DNA from: Candidatus Omnitrophota bacterium
Lineage (GTDB): Bacteria; Omnitrophota; Gorgyraeia; B26-G9
Length of the DNA: 64,000 nucleotides
Assembly (NCBI GenBank): GCA_043826565.1
Contig: JBDRPX010000025.1
Location: forward strand, 36,966 to 100,965
Reading direction: 5' to 3'
In this document: positions 1 to 9,315 of the stretch, piece by piece
How positions within the stretch are numbered: position 1 is the stretch's first letter
How the letters are laid out: each line of letters opens with the position of its first letter
Notes under the pieces: model-generated
Told to the model about the DNA's origin: nothing
Seen by the model: the letters and a program-made list of their open reading frames with translations, nothing else
Databases searched by the model: none
Position numbers and translations under genes: made by a program

Positions 1-783
1 GGAATGACTGAGTCAATCAGCGCAGGAATATTGCAGGCGCATATTGATGGAATAGTTAATTCAGTATCGATAGTTAGCAATACTGAATCTTTTGAACAGG
101 CTGTTTCCAAGATAAAGGATGTCGAGGTCGATACGGGTATTCACCTGACTTTGAATTCCGGCAGGCCGTTATCTACTGCGATTAGGATACCTATTCTTAA
201 AAAAGACGGCACATTTTGGACAACTCCATTAAGAGCTCCTTTTTCTTATTTTTATTTAAGTTCTGAAGAAGAAAAATGGGTTAAGAACGAATTTCGCCGG
301 CAGATAGAAATGCTGTCGGATGCAGGAATAAATATTACTCATTTAGATTCACATTATCATATTCATGTTTTTCCGGCAATGGTGAAAATTGTTAGAGAAT
401 TAGTTGATGAGTTCAAAATTCCATATGTTAGAAAACCTGCGGAGCCTGAATTAATAAAAAGAGTGTTTAATCCATTTCATGGTTGTGTATCATTTTTTGC
501 GGTGCAAAACATTGCTACTGTTAATGCACACTCTTTGCCCTTTTACGGCTTGACTTTAGCCGGTCGCATAAATCATGATGTTTTATTGTCCATATTGAGA
601 AGTATTAGTACTGAAAATTCAGAAATAATGGTTCATCCCGGATTCAATTCCAGTGAAAATTTAAAGTATTATCCGCAGGGTGTAAATCATTTTGAAAAAG
701 AATTTAATGCACTTGTTCATCCGGGAGTAAAATCTGCACTAGGTACTTGTGCCATTAAACTTGTACTTAGAAATATGATATGA
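1..783 (+). CDS. YdjC/ChbG-family carbohydrate deacetylase, 5'-truncated at the window edge (about 10-15 N-terminal residues including the DDFG motif are missing)
   Basis: The ORF is in frame from nt 1. The THLDSHYHIHVFP motif matches the YdjC metal-binding HxDxHxH signature, and the length and order match the ChbG family. Confidence 0.6.
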   Translation, partial: GMTESISAGILQAHIDGIVNSVSIVSNTESFEQAVSKIKDVEVDTGIHLTLNSGRPLSTAIRIPILKKDGTFWTTPLRAPFSYFYLSSEEEKWVKNEFRRQIEMLSDAGINITHLDSHYHIHVFPAMVKIVRELVDEFKIPYVRKPAEPELIKRVFNPFHGCVSFFAVQNIATVNAHSLPFYGLTLAGRINHDVLLSILRSISTENSEIMVHPGFNSSENLKYYPQGVNHFEKEFNALVHPGVKSALGTCAIKLVLRNMI

Positions 784-805
784 TTTTAAAAAAATAAAAG
801 GCTTT

Positions 806-3697
806 ATGTTTAAAAAATATTTATTATTTATAATTTTGTTTTGTTTATTTTCTGGAGGGTGTTCCCAGGAAGGGAAAAAAACATTATTGGAGCTTAACTC
901 CGGAAATGCTTTTGAAGAAGATTTTAATGCAAGATCGGGAGTTTTTATAACTGTAGGACCTGTAAAGACTAAGGATGAACCAGTTATTTTAAATATTCAA
1001 ATAAAAAGAGCTAAGACAGCGGGGGAGGTACCTTTAATATCTAATGAAAAATGGGATGCTCCTTCTGAAGGAATATCGTTTCTTGATACAGATGCTTTGA
1101 TCAAGGAGGATCAGATGTTAGAGGGATGGAGTATCGTTTCTGTCTCCAAAGAGAATAAGGCGGCTATGATTGTTTGGCGTCCTCGAAAAAAAGAAATACA
1201 GTCTTCTGTAGGGGGTATTTATGATGCTTGCTGGCAATCTCCTTTGGAAACTCTGAAGAAAGGGGAAAACATATTTTATCTTGATAATCATGTGCAACTT
1301 TTGGCTGGAGATGTTCTGGGATTGTTTGTATACAAAGATATTCCCACGGCAATGAAGGATGAAAACTCCCTAAAGGCATATAAATATTACAAAGGAGGAA
1401 AGGCCGAAAGCATTAACACGAATATTGATGTTAAAGATACTGTTGGTGCCTATGCTTTTATGCCGTTTTCATATACTTCTTTTATTAATAAAAATTTTAA
1501 TATAGTTGAAGGGGCGGAGCAAATAGTGGAAGTTGAGCTGCCGAATTCAATAAAAAGCAATTACTACAGGATAAGGTTATCAGCTTCAGAAGGCAACTTA
1601 CAGATCCTTAATAATGCAAATAATAAACCGTATTGCTTGAAAAATGTGGCGAGTCTTGAAAATTATCCTAGAAGATTTTATTTTATCGGTTCATTGTTGG
1701 TTTTGCTGACGGCGTTACTTGTGTCCTTAAAAGGGCGAGTGTTTAATTTTATAGGGTTTTTAAATATTTTATTTGGAATAAAATTATTATTATTTAATGA
1801 TGCGGGTCCGATTTTTAGCTACTTTATTGCTTATATTCTTTTCTGGATAATACCCGTACTGGTTGTCTGGGAGTGGTTAAGCAAAAAGTTATCTGGGTTA
1901 CCAAATCTATTTAACTTTCTTGCCAGCCATATTATCTGGTTTGCCACCTTCCTTTTTGTCGGGAAACTGTTGTGTCGATTTAATCTAAACTTAAATATAT
2001 TAATATCCGGATTGTTAATTTTTAATTTTTTTGTTTATCTTGCCAAAAAGGAAAAAGTACACGATGCTTTTAAGTCTATTATATTGCACTTTGAAAGTGC
2101 CTCTTTTTTGTTTAAATTTTTGCTGACAACAGGAGGAGGAATTCTTTTCCTTGTCTGGGCACAGCAGGGGCTTTGGCAAAGAACTGACTTTGATGTATTT
2201 TGCTATGTGGCAATTGTAAATAAGCTTCTAGCTTCAGGTGCATTAGCTGCGGGGAATTATGATCCGTTTCTTGGCCCGCCGATTAGATTCATGGCTCCTT
2301 ATATTCAAAATCCAGAAGTTCTTTATCATGCTTTTTTATCTGTGGTAAGCAATCAAGATGTAAATATTGTATTTGCGGTCGGTGCATTGATTGTTACTGT
2401 ATTTTGGTGTTTTATTGCCGGGGGTTTTGCTTGGTATTTTTATCCGGGGAATAAACGGATTATTGGGTTGACATTCTTTTTTGCAGTTGTTTTGCAAATT
2501 TCAAATCGGCTTTTTAGTGTTCCTCTTTTTGTCCACAATGCTAATCCCGGGGCTACGGGGCATGTTGTGCTTTTATCAATGGTCTTGTTCCATAATATGT
2601 TTAATAGTACTAATAATCGATGGATGCTTGGTATTGCTGTAACAGCTTTAACTGCTGCTTTACTTTGTCATGTTGAGTTTGTGATTTTCACTTTGTTCTA
2701 TTGTTTGATTACGGCAGGTGATTGGATTATTAGATGTTTATATAAGAAGAAGTGGTCTTTTGAAGAACCGGTTTTTTTAATCGCTAGTGCTCTTTTGATT
2801 ACGACGGCTTATTTACTGATGCCCAGAGGCATTATGAATGATAATGCTTTTCAAATGGGAACATTTTACCCGTCAAATTATATAGAATGGTTTGGCCAAA
2901 AAATAGTGGATCCTAAAATTGTTTTTACGAATGATGGAGTATATTGGGTGAGAAACATTGGTTATATTATTGCTTTTATTTTTTTAGCGATAAAATCTCA
3001 AAGAGAGCGGCGTTTTACTAGAATTTTGTCCGTTGCGGCAATTATGCTGCCGATTTTTTACTTTATTCCAGGGATTCCCGGCTTATTGGTATCTAGGATA
3101 TCTGAAATAGGATTTATGCGTCTTATGGATGGCTGGAGTGATTTTTTTATTATTTTAGGCCTAATTGTGTTTGCTTTTTATGTTGATAAGCTTTTAATGA
3201 AATATTTAGTATTGAGACATCGGGAGCTTTTTCTTGTCATTTTAGTGGTTTTCGTTATGGGAGTTGTAAGCTGTTCAAAATTGTTTCTGCCTCCGAATAG
3301 ATATGATTATGTGCACGTATTTAGGGTTAAGAGCTTGCCACTTTTAAGACATTTAAAGCAATACTATACTAATGATTTACTAATTACCGAGACTTCGCGG
3401 GCATATTGGATGGGAGCACAATTGCCGGGATATGTTTATGCGTATATGGTGGGCAGACTTCGGACCTATTATGATGGAGCGGGAGCGCGGGTAGAGGCTA
3501 ATGAGAGAATATGGCAGCATGATGGTTCTCCCCAGGAGATAGCGCAGATGGTGAGGAATCTATCTCCGGCAAATGTGCTTATCGGAAAGAAGGAGAAATA
3601 TTATACTGATTTTTTGCATAATGAGTTTTTTATAGTTTTATATGAAGATGATCAATGGGCATTGTTTGGACTAAAACATAAGGGTTTTTATCAATAA
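806..3697 (+). CDS. 963-aa polytopic membrane protein with an N-terminal lipoprotein signal and a ~290-aa extracytoplasmic domain; function unknown
   Basis: The N-terminus MFKKYLLFIILFCLFSGGCSQ has a lipobox-like LFSGGC. Residues ~300-960 are strongly hydrophobic and segmented, suggesting 12 or more TM helices. It is a long uninterrupted ORF in an AT-rich genome. Confidence 0.65.
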   Translation: MFKKYLLFIILFCLFSGGCSQEGKKTLLELNSGNAFEEDFNARSGVFITVGPVKTKDEPVILNIQIKRAKTAGEVPLISNEKWDAPSEGISFLDTDALIKEDQMLEGWSIVSVSKENKAAMIVWRPRKKEIQSSVGGIYDACWQSPLETLKKGENIFYLDNHVQLLAGDVLGLFVYKDIPTAMKDENSLKAYKYYKGGKAESINTNIDVKDTVGAYAFMPFSYTSFINKNFNIVEGAEQIVEVELPNSIKSNYYRIRLSASEGNLQILNNANNKPYCLKNVASLENYPRRFYFIGSLLVLLTALLVSLKGRVFNFIGFLNILFGIKLLLFNDAGPIFSYFIAYILFWIIPVLVVWEWLSKKLSGLPNLFNFLASHIIWFATFLFVGKLLCRFNLNLNILISGLLIFNFFVYLAKKEKVHDAFKSIILHFESASFLFKFLLTTGGGILFLVWAQQGLWQRTDFDVFCYVAIVNKLLASGALAAGNYDPFLGPPIRFMAPYIQNPEVLYHAFLSVVSNQDVNIVFAVGALIVTVFWCFIAGGFAWYFYPGNKRIIGLTFFFAVVLQISNRLFSVPLFVHNANPGATGHVVLLSMVLFHNMFNSTNNRWMLGIAVTALTAALLCHVEFVIFTLFYCLITAGDWIIRCLYKKKWSFEEPVFLIASALLITTAYLLMPRGIMNDNAFQMGTFYPSNYIEWFGQKIVDPKIVFTNDGVYWVRNIGYIIAFIFLAIKSQRERRFTRILSVAAIMLPIFYFIPGIPGLLVSRISEIGFMRLMDGWSDFFIILGLIVFAFYVDKLLMKYLVLRHRELFLVILVVFVMGVVSCSKLFLPPNRYDYVHVFRVKSLPLLRHLKQYYTNDLLITETSRAYWMGAQLPGYVYAYMVGRLRTYYDGAGARVEANERIWQHDGSPQEIAQMVRNLSPANVLIGKKEKYYTDFLHNEFFIVLYEDDQWALFGLKHKGFYQ

Positions 3698-3772
3698 TTA
3701 ATTGAAATTTGCCGGAAATTACTTTATTATAATACAACTGTGGGTTTCTTTAAAAAAGAGGAAAAATTCAAT

Positions 3773-5206
3773 ATGAAATTTAAAAAAGTTTTATTAGTTA
3801 GATTGCCCTATTATGGAACTTTTCTGGGAGATGCTTCGTCTCTTCCTGTGGGGCTTGGATATGTGGCGGAGTCTCTTTACAATCACGGTATTGAGTATAA
3901 TGTGCTTGATTTGGGGTTGTCGGAACATAAACAAAAAGATCTGTTTGATAAAATAGAGCAATATCGTCCGGACCTTATTGGTATTACTATGATGACCATG
4001 CATTATAAGTTTCATTATGAGGCAATCAACGAGATAAAAAAAAGATTTGCTGATGTGAAAATAGTTGTGGGAGGGCCTCATTTATCAACATTTAGAAACA
4101 AAGTATTAGAAGAATGTAAAAGTATTGATTTTGGTGTTGTTTTAGAAGGAGAAGAGACGATTATTGAATTATGCCGCGGTGACGAGCATTCTCAAATTAA
4201 AGGAATTATATATAGGGAAAGAGGGGGAGTTGTTTATTCTGGGGATAGGCCTTTACGTCGTGACCTGGATAATGTTGCTTTTCCTCGATATCGCAATTTT
4301 GAGGTTTCTAAATATCTTGCTAATTCTATTGGAATGCAAACGACAAGAGGATGCCCATACGATTGTATTTATTGCCCCGTTCAATTGGCGATAGGAAAGC
4401 AGTTTAGGGCGCGAAGCCCGGAAAGTATTATCGAGGAGATGATATTTTGGTATGGACAAGGCAAGAGAAACTTTGCTATCTGGGATGATAATTTTACTCT
4501 TATTCAAGACAGGGTATTTAAAATTTGTGATTTAATAGAAAAAAACAAATTTAAGGATTTGTGGATAAGCATCCCTAATGGGATAAGATCAGACAAGGCT
4601 TCATATGAACTTCTTAAGCGGATGCATGAAGTTGGTTTCAGCATGCTTTCTTTTGGAGTTGAGGCTGGGAATAACCGTATATTAAAGAATTTGAAAAAGG
4701 GAACTAATATAGAAAGTATGGAGCGGGCGGTTAAAGATGCCTGCAGTCTGGGATATGAAGTTTATCTTTATTTTATAATTGGTTCTCCGGGGGAAACATG
4801 GAAAGATTTTCAGGACTCACTTAATTTCGCAAAAAGGCATCCGGCGGCGGAAGCTAGATTTTATACTCTTATTCCGTTTCCGAATACTGAACTGTATGAA
4901 TGGGTAAAGAAAAATAATTATTTTATTCGCCAACCAGAAGAATACCTGAATACTGCGGATCATTTTATTAATGCTCCTTGTTTTGCTACTCCGGAAATGT
5001 CTGAAAAACAAAGAAGAAAAGCTTTTAAACAAGGCTGGCAATTAACACAAAAATTCAAGATGACTACAAAGATGAAAAGCTTAAAAAAATCTGGTATATT
5101 TAAAAAGCCTCTTGCGGGATTTCTAATATCAGATTTTTATAAAAAGCTGTATAAAAATAAATGGTTTAGAAATCTGATTGTTGTTCCGTTGAGAAAAATT
5201 AAGTAA
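3773..5206 (+). CDS. Cobalamin (B12)-binding radical SAM enzyme (class B rSAM, likely a methyltransferase or sugar-modifying enzyme)
   Basis: The N-terminal B12-binding-like domain reads VLLVRLPYYGTFLGDASSLPVGLGYVAESL. The canonical CxxxCxxC cluster motif is TTRGCPYDCIYCPV. The ATG at 3773 is preceded by AAGAGGA, and the track's GTG at 3740 is an alternative start. Confidence 0.8.
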   Translation: MKFKKVLLVRLPYYGTFLGDASSLPVGLGYVAESLYNHGIEYNVLDLGLSEHKQKDLFDKIEQYRPDLIGITMMTMHYKFHYEAINEIKKRFADVKIVVGGPHLSTFRNKVLEECKSIDFGVVLEGEETIIELCRGDEHSQIKGIIYRERGGVVYSGDRPLRRDLDNVAFPRYRNFEVSKYLANSIGMQTTRGCPYDCIYCPVQLAIGKQFRARSPESIIEEMIFWYGQGKRNFAIWDDNFTLIQDRVFKICDLIEKNKFKDLWISIPNGIRSDKASYELLKRMHEVGFSMLSFGVEAGNNRILKNLKKGTNIESMERAVKDACSLGYEVYLYFIIGSPGETWKDFQDSLNFAKRHPAAEARFYTLIPFPNTELYEWVKKNNYFIRQPEEYLNTADHFINAPCFATPEMSEKQRRKAFKQGWQLTQKFKMTTKMKSLKKSGIFKKPLAGFLISDFYKKLYKNKWFRNLIVVPLRKIK

Positions 5207-5247
5207 TTATAACTATGGTATATATGCGAATGTTGGAATAATTATAA

Positions 5248-6696
5248 ATGGAAGTAGCTAATAATAAATTGCCTTGTTTAACTTCAAAAAACAATAATTT
5301 AACAGCTTTGATGCTGATGGCATTAATAATGGTGCTATTAGCTGGTTTTTTTTGTTCTTTCTGGGTGAAAATTTTCTTTTTTTTGCTTTTGATCTTAGTG
5401 TTTTTATTAGTAATTTTTGATGATTCGAAAAAAGGGATTCTATTCTTTGCTGCTTCTTTAGCTTTTGCTCCGCCATTGTATCTCATAGCTCCGGTGCATT
5501 TTATTTTTCGTTCAATAAGATTGTATGAGGTTTTGCTATGTATTATCCTGATTTTTGTACTATTACAAACATTAAAATCAGAAAAGAGATTTTTTCATAA
5601 GACTTTATTTGATGTGCCGATTTTATGCATGCTGGGCATATGGATGCTTTCGGTGTTTAACGGCATTTATTTACAGCAGGATTTTTATTTGCGTGATTTT
5701 TTTGAATTTTTGAAGCCGATCCGGTTATTTCTCATATTGCAAATAGTAATTTTTCTTGTTAAAGAAAAAGAATATGCCAAAAAGCTCTTAAGTTTTTTGG
5801 TAGTATTTAGTATTTTTCCCCAATTACTGGGCATTGGGGAGCACTTTAACCTTTTAGGGATAAGAAGATTTATAGCTACAACATATACCGGATATGAATA
5901 TTCTTCAATAATCGCAGGCGGTTTTGATGTGTATGGAGCGGGATTTTTGCATAAGTTCCGAACGTCTTCGATTTTTGTGGGAGATGTGAATGCTTTTGGC
6001 GGGTATTCAGCAATATTTTTTATAATGGCGTTTATATTTTTTATGTATGTGCCTAAAATAAAGAGTAAGATTTTATTTTCTCTGATAGCTCTTTTAAATT
6101 TTTACGGGGTGATTGTTTCAGGGTCAAGAAAAAGTTTGATTTGTGTTGTGTTTGGGATATTGCTCTTTCTTTTATTTAAAATAAGAAAACTACTAAAAGC
6201 TGTACCGCTGGTGATTATAGGTGTTTTAATAATTTTAAAACTGGCTCCGGGCTACTATCTGGAGAGGTTTTTTTTTCATTGGGATTATAAAATAAATAAT
6301 ATTTTAAGGTTATTCAGTCAATTTAGTGAGTTTGGAATTGCGGAATCTCTCATCGGTCGGGGGACGATGCATGAGTTCGGGGCGGATAGTTTTCATCTTA
6401 AATTACTTATTCGAAACGGATTGCTAGGTCTTATTGCACATTTTGTTTTGGTATTTGTAATGCTTAAAATAGCATTTTTTGTGATTAAACATTCTAAACA
6501 TTGGTTTGATGAAATGATCGGAGTAATGGCGTTAATTCTTATTATAAATATGGAATGGCTTAATGTTACGGGATTGTATTTTTATGCCGGCAGAATCTCA
6601 GAGAGTTTCTGGATTGTCTTAGGGGTGCTTTATGCTGTTTATAGAAATATTAGAGCTGATAATTTGCAATTAATAGGGGCTAAGGGGCTAAATTAA
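5248..6696 (+). CDS. Wzy / O-antigen-ligase-like polytopic membrane protein (glycan polymerase or ligase)
   Basis: About 10-12 predicted TM helices with a central loop, a size and topology typical of the Wzy_C family, in a glycan-locus context. The start is uncertain; in-frame ATGs lie downstream. Confidence 0.5.
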   Translation: MEVANNKLPCLTSKNNNLTALMLMALIMVLLAGFFCSFWVKIFFFLLLILVFLLVIFDDSKKGILFFAASLAFAPPLYLIAPVHFIFRSIRLYEVLLCIILIFVLLQTLKSEKRFFHKTLFDVPILCMLGIWMLSVFNGIYLQQDFYLRDFFEFLKPIRLFLILQIVIFLVKEKEYAKKLLSFLVVFSIFPQLLGIGEHFNLLGIRRFIATTYTGYEYSSIIAGGFDVYGAGFLHKFRTSSIFVGDVNAFGGYSAIFFIMAFIFFMYVPKIKSKILFSLIALLNFYGVIVSGSRKSLICVVFGILLFLLFKIRKLLKAVPLVIIGVLIILKLAPGYYLERFFFHWDYKINNILRLFSQFSEFGIAESLIGRGTMHEFGADSFHLKLLIRNGLLGLIAHFVLVFVMLKIAFFVIKHSKHWFDEMIGVMALILIINMEWLNVTGLYFYAGRISESFWIVLGVLYAVYRNIRADNLQLIGAKGLN

Positions 6697-6710
6697 AAAG
6701 GAAATTTAAT

Positions 6711-6749
6711 CCTCAAAATTCTATAAGATATATAGAATTTTTTTTGAGG
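6711..6749 (+). terminator. Intrinsic terminator-like hairpin after the Wzy-like gene
   Basis: CCTCAAAATTCTATA-AGATA-TATAGAATTTTTTTTGAGG is a near-perfect 15-bp-arm palindrome with a U-run, 15 nt after the stop codon. Confidence 0.55.
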
Positions 6750-6817
6750 AGATGTGTCCGAGAGACAATGTAAATATTTATGGATCAGCTTAAAAAAAGA
6801 AAAATAGTTAAAATAAT

Positions 6818-7774
6818 ATGAGTGAAAAATTGTCAATCTCAATCATAACAATGAATAATATGGAGATGAACCGGAATTGTCTCCGGTCGATTTTTGAGTA
6901 TAGCCAAGGATTTTCGTTTAAAGTATTTGTTTTAGACAATAATTCAAAAGATGGTACTGTAAATATGATCAAAGAGGAGTTTCCTCAGGTTGAACTGATT
7001 GAAAGTAATGTTAACCGCTGGTTTACTTCTAACCAGAATATAGTATTAAAGCGAGTACAAACTGAGTATGTTTTATTGCTTAATAATGATACTTTATTTT
7101 TAGATGATTCGATTAAATTAATGGTTGATTTTCTCGAAACTCACGAAGATGCCGGAGCGGTCGCCTGTAAAATCCTAAACCCTGATCATAGTTTTCAAAA
7201 AACCACGCTAAGATGTGATTATGATTTACTAACTAATTTTTCTATCAAAACTGGGCTGGTTAAGTTATTTCCCAAAAACAGGATATGGGGGCGTCCGTTC
7301 ATGGGATATGCCGACCGGGAAGCGGTACAGCAGATAGATGTCTATTCCGGAGCATGTGTGATGTTTAGAAAAAAAGTAATTGATGATACGGGGCTTCTTG
7401 ATGAAAACATAAGCTTTGGCCCGGATGATTATGATTACAGTTTGAGAATGAGAAAAAAAGGATGGAAGATATACTATCTGCCCACAGCCAAAGTGATACA
7501 TCTTGATAAACAAACAAGGAAAACTAATTCTGAGTTTCTCCTAGAAGAAGTGAAAGGAATTTTATATTTTTATCTTAAACATTACGGCAAGCTTCAGACA
7601 TTTATTCTGCAAATTCTTATGCTTTATGGAGCATTGTTGAAACCAGTTTACTGGATATATTTAATTTTGTGCAGGAAGCTTACCTTAAGTGAATTAAAAG
7701 ATAATTGTGCGATACATCTTAAATTTTTGAAACTTGTGATATTTTATTCAGGGGCAAAGTTTCATGTGCTTTGA
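6818..7774 (+). CDS. Family 2 glycosyltransferase
   Basis: GT-A N-terminus ISIITMNN...VLDNNSKDGT, with DxD-like NDT and a conserved GT2 layout. Confidence 0.75.
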   Translation: MSEKLSISIITMNNMEMNRNCLRSIFEYSQGFSFKVFVLDNNSKDGTVNMIKEEFPQVELIESNVNRWFTSNQNIVLKRVQTEYVLLLNNDTLFLDDSIKLMVDFLETHEDAGAVACKILNPDHSFQKTTLRCDYDLLTNFSIKTGLVKLFPKNRIWGRPFMGYADREAVQQIDVYSGACVMFRKKVIDDTGLLDENISFGPDDYDYSLRMRKKGWKIYYLPTAKVIHLDKQTRKTNSEFLLEEVKGILYFYLKHYGKLQTFILQILMLYGALLKPVYWIYLILCRKLTLSELKDNCAIHLKFLKLVIFYSGAKFHVL

Positions 7775-7809
7775 TTAAATAGTTAAATTTTGTCGAAAAA
7801 GGAAGTTTT

Positions 7810-9315
7810 ATGCAAGCAGATGCTAAGAGAAAAATTCAAAGGATTCTTTTGATACAGCCTCCATGGTATAGATTGTTTGGCAGTGGAGTAACGGTTAAGA
7901 TTCCTTTAGGATTATGTTATATGTCTGCTGTGCTTAATAAAAACGGATTGGATGCCAGTGTTTATGATGCTGAATTCGCCTCCGGGGAGAGTACGAATCT
8001 TTCTATTTTCGGCATGACTAAGAATATAGACAGCTATCTTGATAAAAACAAAGATCTAAATATGCCGGTGTGGAAGAATGTTGAGAAAAAAATCAGAGAG
8101 TATAATCCTGATGCAGTAGGGATTAGTGTAAAGACTCCTACTTTACGCTCAGGTCTAAATATTGCCAAAATATGTAAGAAAATCAACCCCCAGATGAGTG
8201 TGATTATGGGGGGAGTCCATGCGAGTTGTCTTCCTAAACAAACAGTTTCTTTTTCTGAAGTTGATTTTGTTGTTATCGGCGAAGGAGAGTATACACTTGT
8301 TGATCTAATAAAACGATTAAATTCCGGAGCTGATATTAATGATTGCCCTGGGATTGCTTATAAGAACAAAAATGGAGAAGTGGTTATTAATTCACCCCGT
8401 AAACTTATTGCAAACCTGGATGAATTACCTGTTCCCGATAGGGATAACTTATTGGATAAAAATGAGTACCCTAAGGATAGTTATGGAGAAATATTTACCG
8501 GAAGGGGCTGTCCTTATAGTTGTATTTTTTGTGCTTCAAAAAGTATCTGGGGTCAAAAAACAAGGCATCGGACATCTGAAAAAGTGGTGGAAGAGATTGA
8601 ATTGGTACATAGAAAATACGGTACGGGATATTTTTGCATAGAAGATGATACTTTTATGATGGATAAGAAAAAGATGAATGAGTTTTGCGATTTGCTTATT
8701 AAAAAGAAATTACCCATTAAGTGGGATTGTGAAACTAGAGTTAATCTGGTTACCGAAGAGGCTTTAAAAAAGATAAAAGATGCTGGATGCGTATTGCTCA
8801 ATGTCGGGGTTGAATCAGGAAGTGATGAAACGCTTAAGAAAATAAAAAAGGGTATAACGGTTAATCAGATAGAGAAAGCTTTTAAACTGATCCGCAGAGC
8901 TAAAATTCCGGTAAGTGCTTTTATTATGATTGGTTTCCCATGGGAGAAAAAGGAAGATATGATCCGAACGGTAGATTTTGCGCAGAGTCTCTCTCCTCAG
9001 AGATTGGTTTTAAGTGTGGTAACTCCGTATCCGGGTATTGAACTGTTTGATATTTGTAATGCGCAATACAATATGCAACTTGACGAGAATTGCAAATGGG
9101 AAGAGTTTTTTCATCAAAGTAATAAAGTGGTTCTTCCGGATATGGATAAGAAGGAATTTCATGATCTGGTGGAGGTCTTGGAAAAAAGAGTTATGAATTA
9201 TACTACCCAGATGAGGTTTAAGAGTGCGGAGTTTTGGAAAGCGAGATTTTCAATGTACTTAAAAAGACCGAAAAAAATTATTGATGATATAACTTCTTTG
9301 GTGAAACAGATATGA
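7810..9315 (+). CDS. Cobalamin-binding radical SAM enzyme
   Basis: The B12-binding domain reads RILLIQPPWYRLFGSGVTVKIPLGLCYMSAVL. The cluster motif is GRGCPYSCIFCAS (CxxxCxxC). Confidence 0.8.
   Translation: MQADAKRKIQRILLIQPPWYRLFGSGVTVKIPLGLCYMSAVLNKNGLDASVYDAEFASGESTNLSIFGMTKNIDSYLDKNKDLNMPVWKNVEKKIREYNPDAVGISVKTPTLRSGLNIAKICKKINPQMSVIMGGVHASCLPKQTVSFSEVDFVVIGEGEYTLVDLIKRLNSGADINDCPGIAYKNKNGEVVINSPRKLIANLDELPVPDRDNLLDKNEYPKDSYGEIFTGRGCPYSCIFCASKSIWGQKTRHRTSEKVVEEIELVHRKYGTGYFCIEDDTFMMDKKKMNEFCDLLIKKKLPIKWDCETRVNLVTEEALKKIKDAGCVLLNVGVESGSDETLKKIKKGITVNQIEKAFKLIRRAKIPVSAFIMIGFPWEKKEDMIRTVDFAQSLSPQRLVLSVVTPYPGIELFDICNAQYNMQLDENCKWEEFFHQSNKVVLPDMDKKEFHDLVEVLEKRVMNYTTQMRFKSAEFWKARFSMYLKRPKKIIDDITSLVKQI

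Noticed and set aside
1164-1379. The minus-strand ORFs in the track (for example 1164-1379, 3794-4081, 4253-4507, 14186-14497, 18248-18784, 33969-34439, 44016-44489, 46096-46452, 54821-55363, 60990-61382)
   Set aside because: All lie antisense entirely inside longer + strand genes with clear homology. Long spurious antisense ORFs are expected at this AT content.
8339-8641. Short same-strand ORFs in alternative frames nested inside genes (for example 4164-4394, 8339-8641, 29840-30082, 32155-32346, 33275-33508, 41737-41934, 54897-55121, 58752-58958)
   Set aside because: They overlap recognisable genes out of frame and have no motif support.
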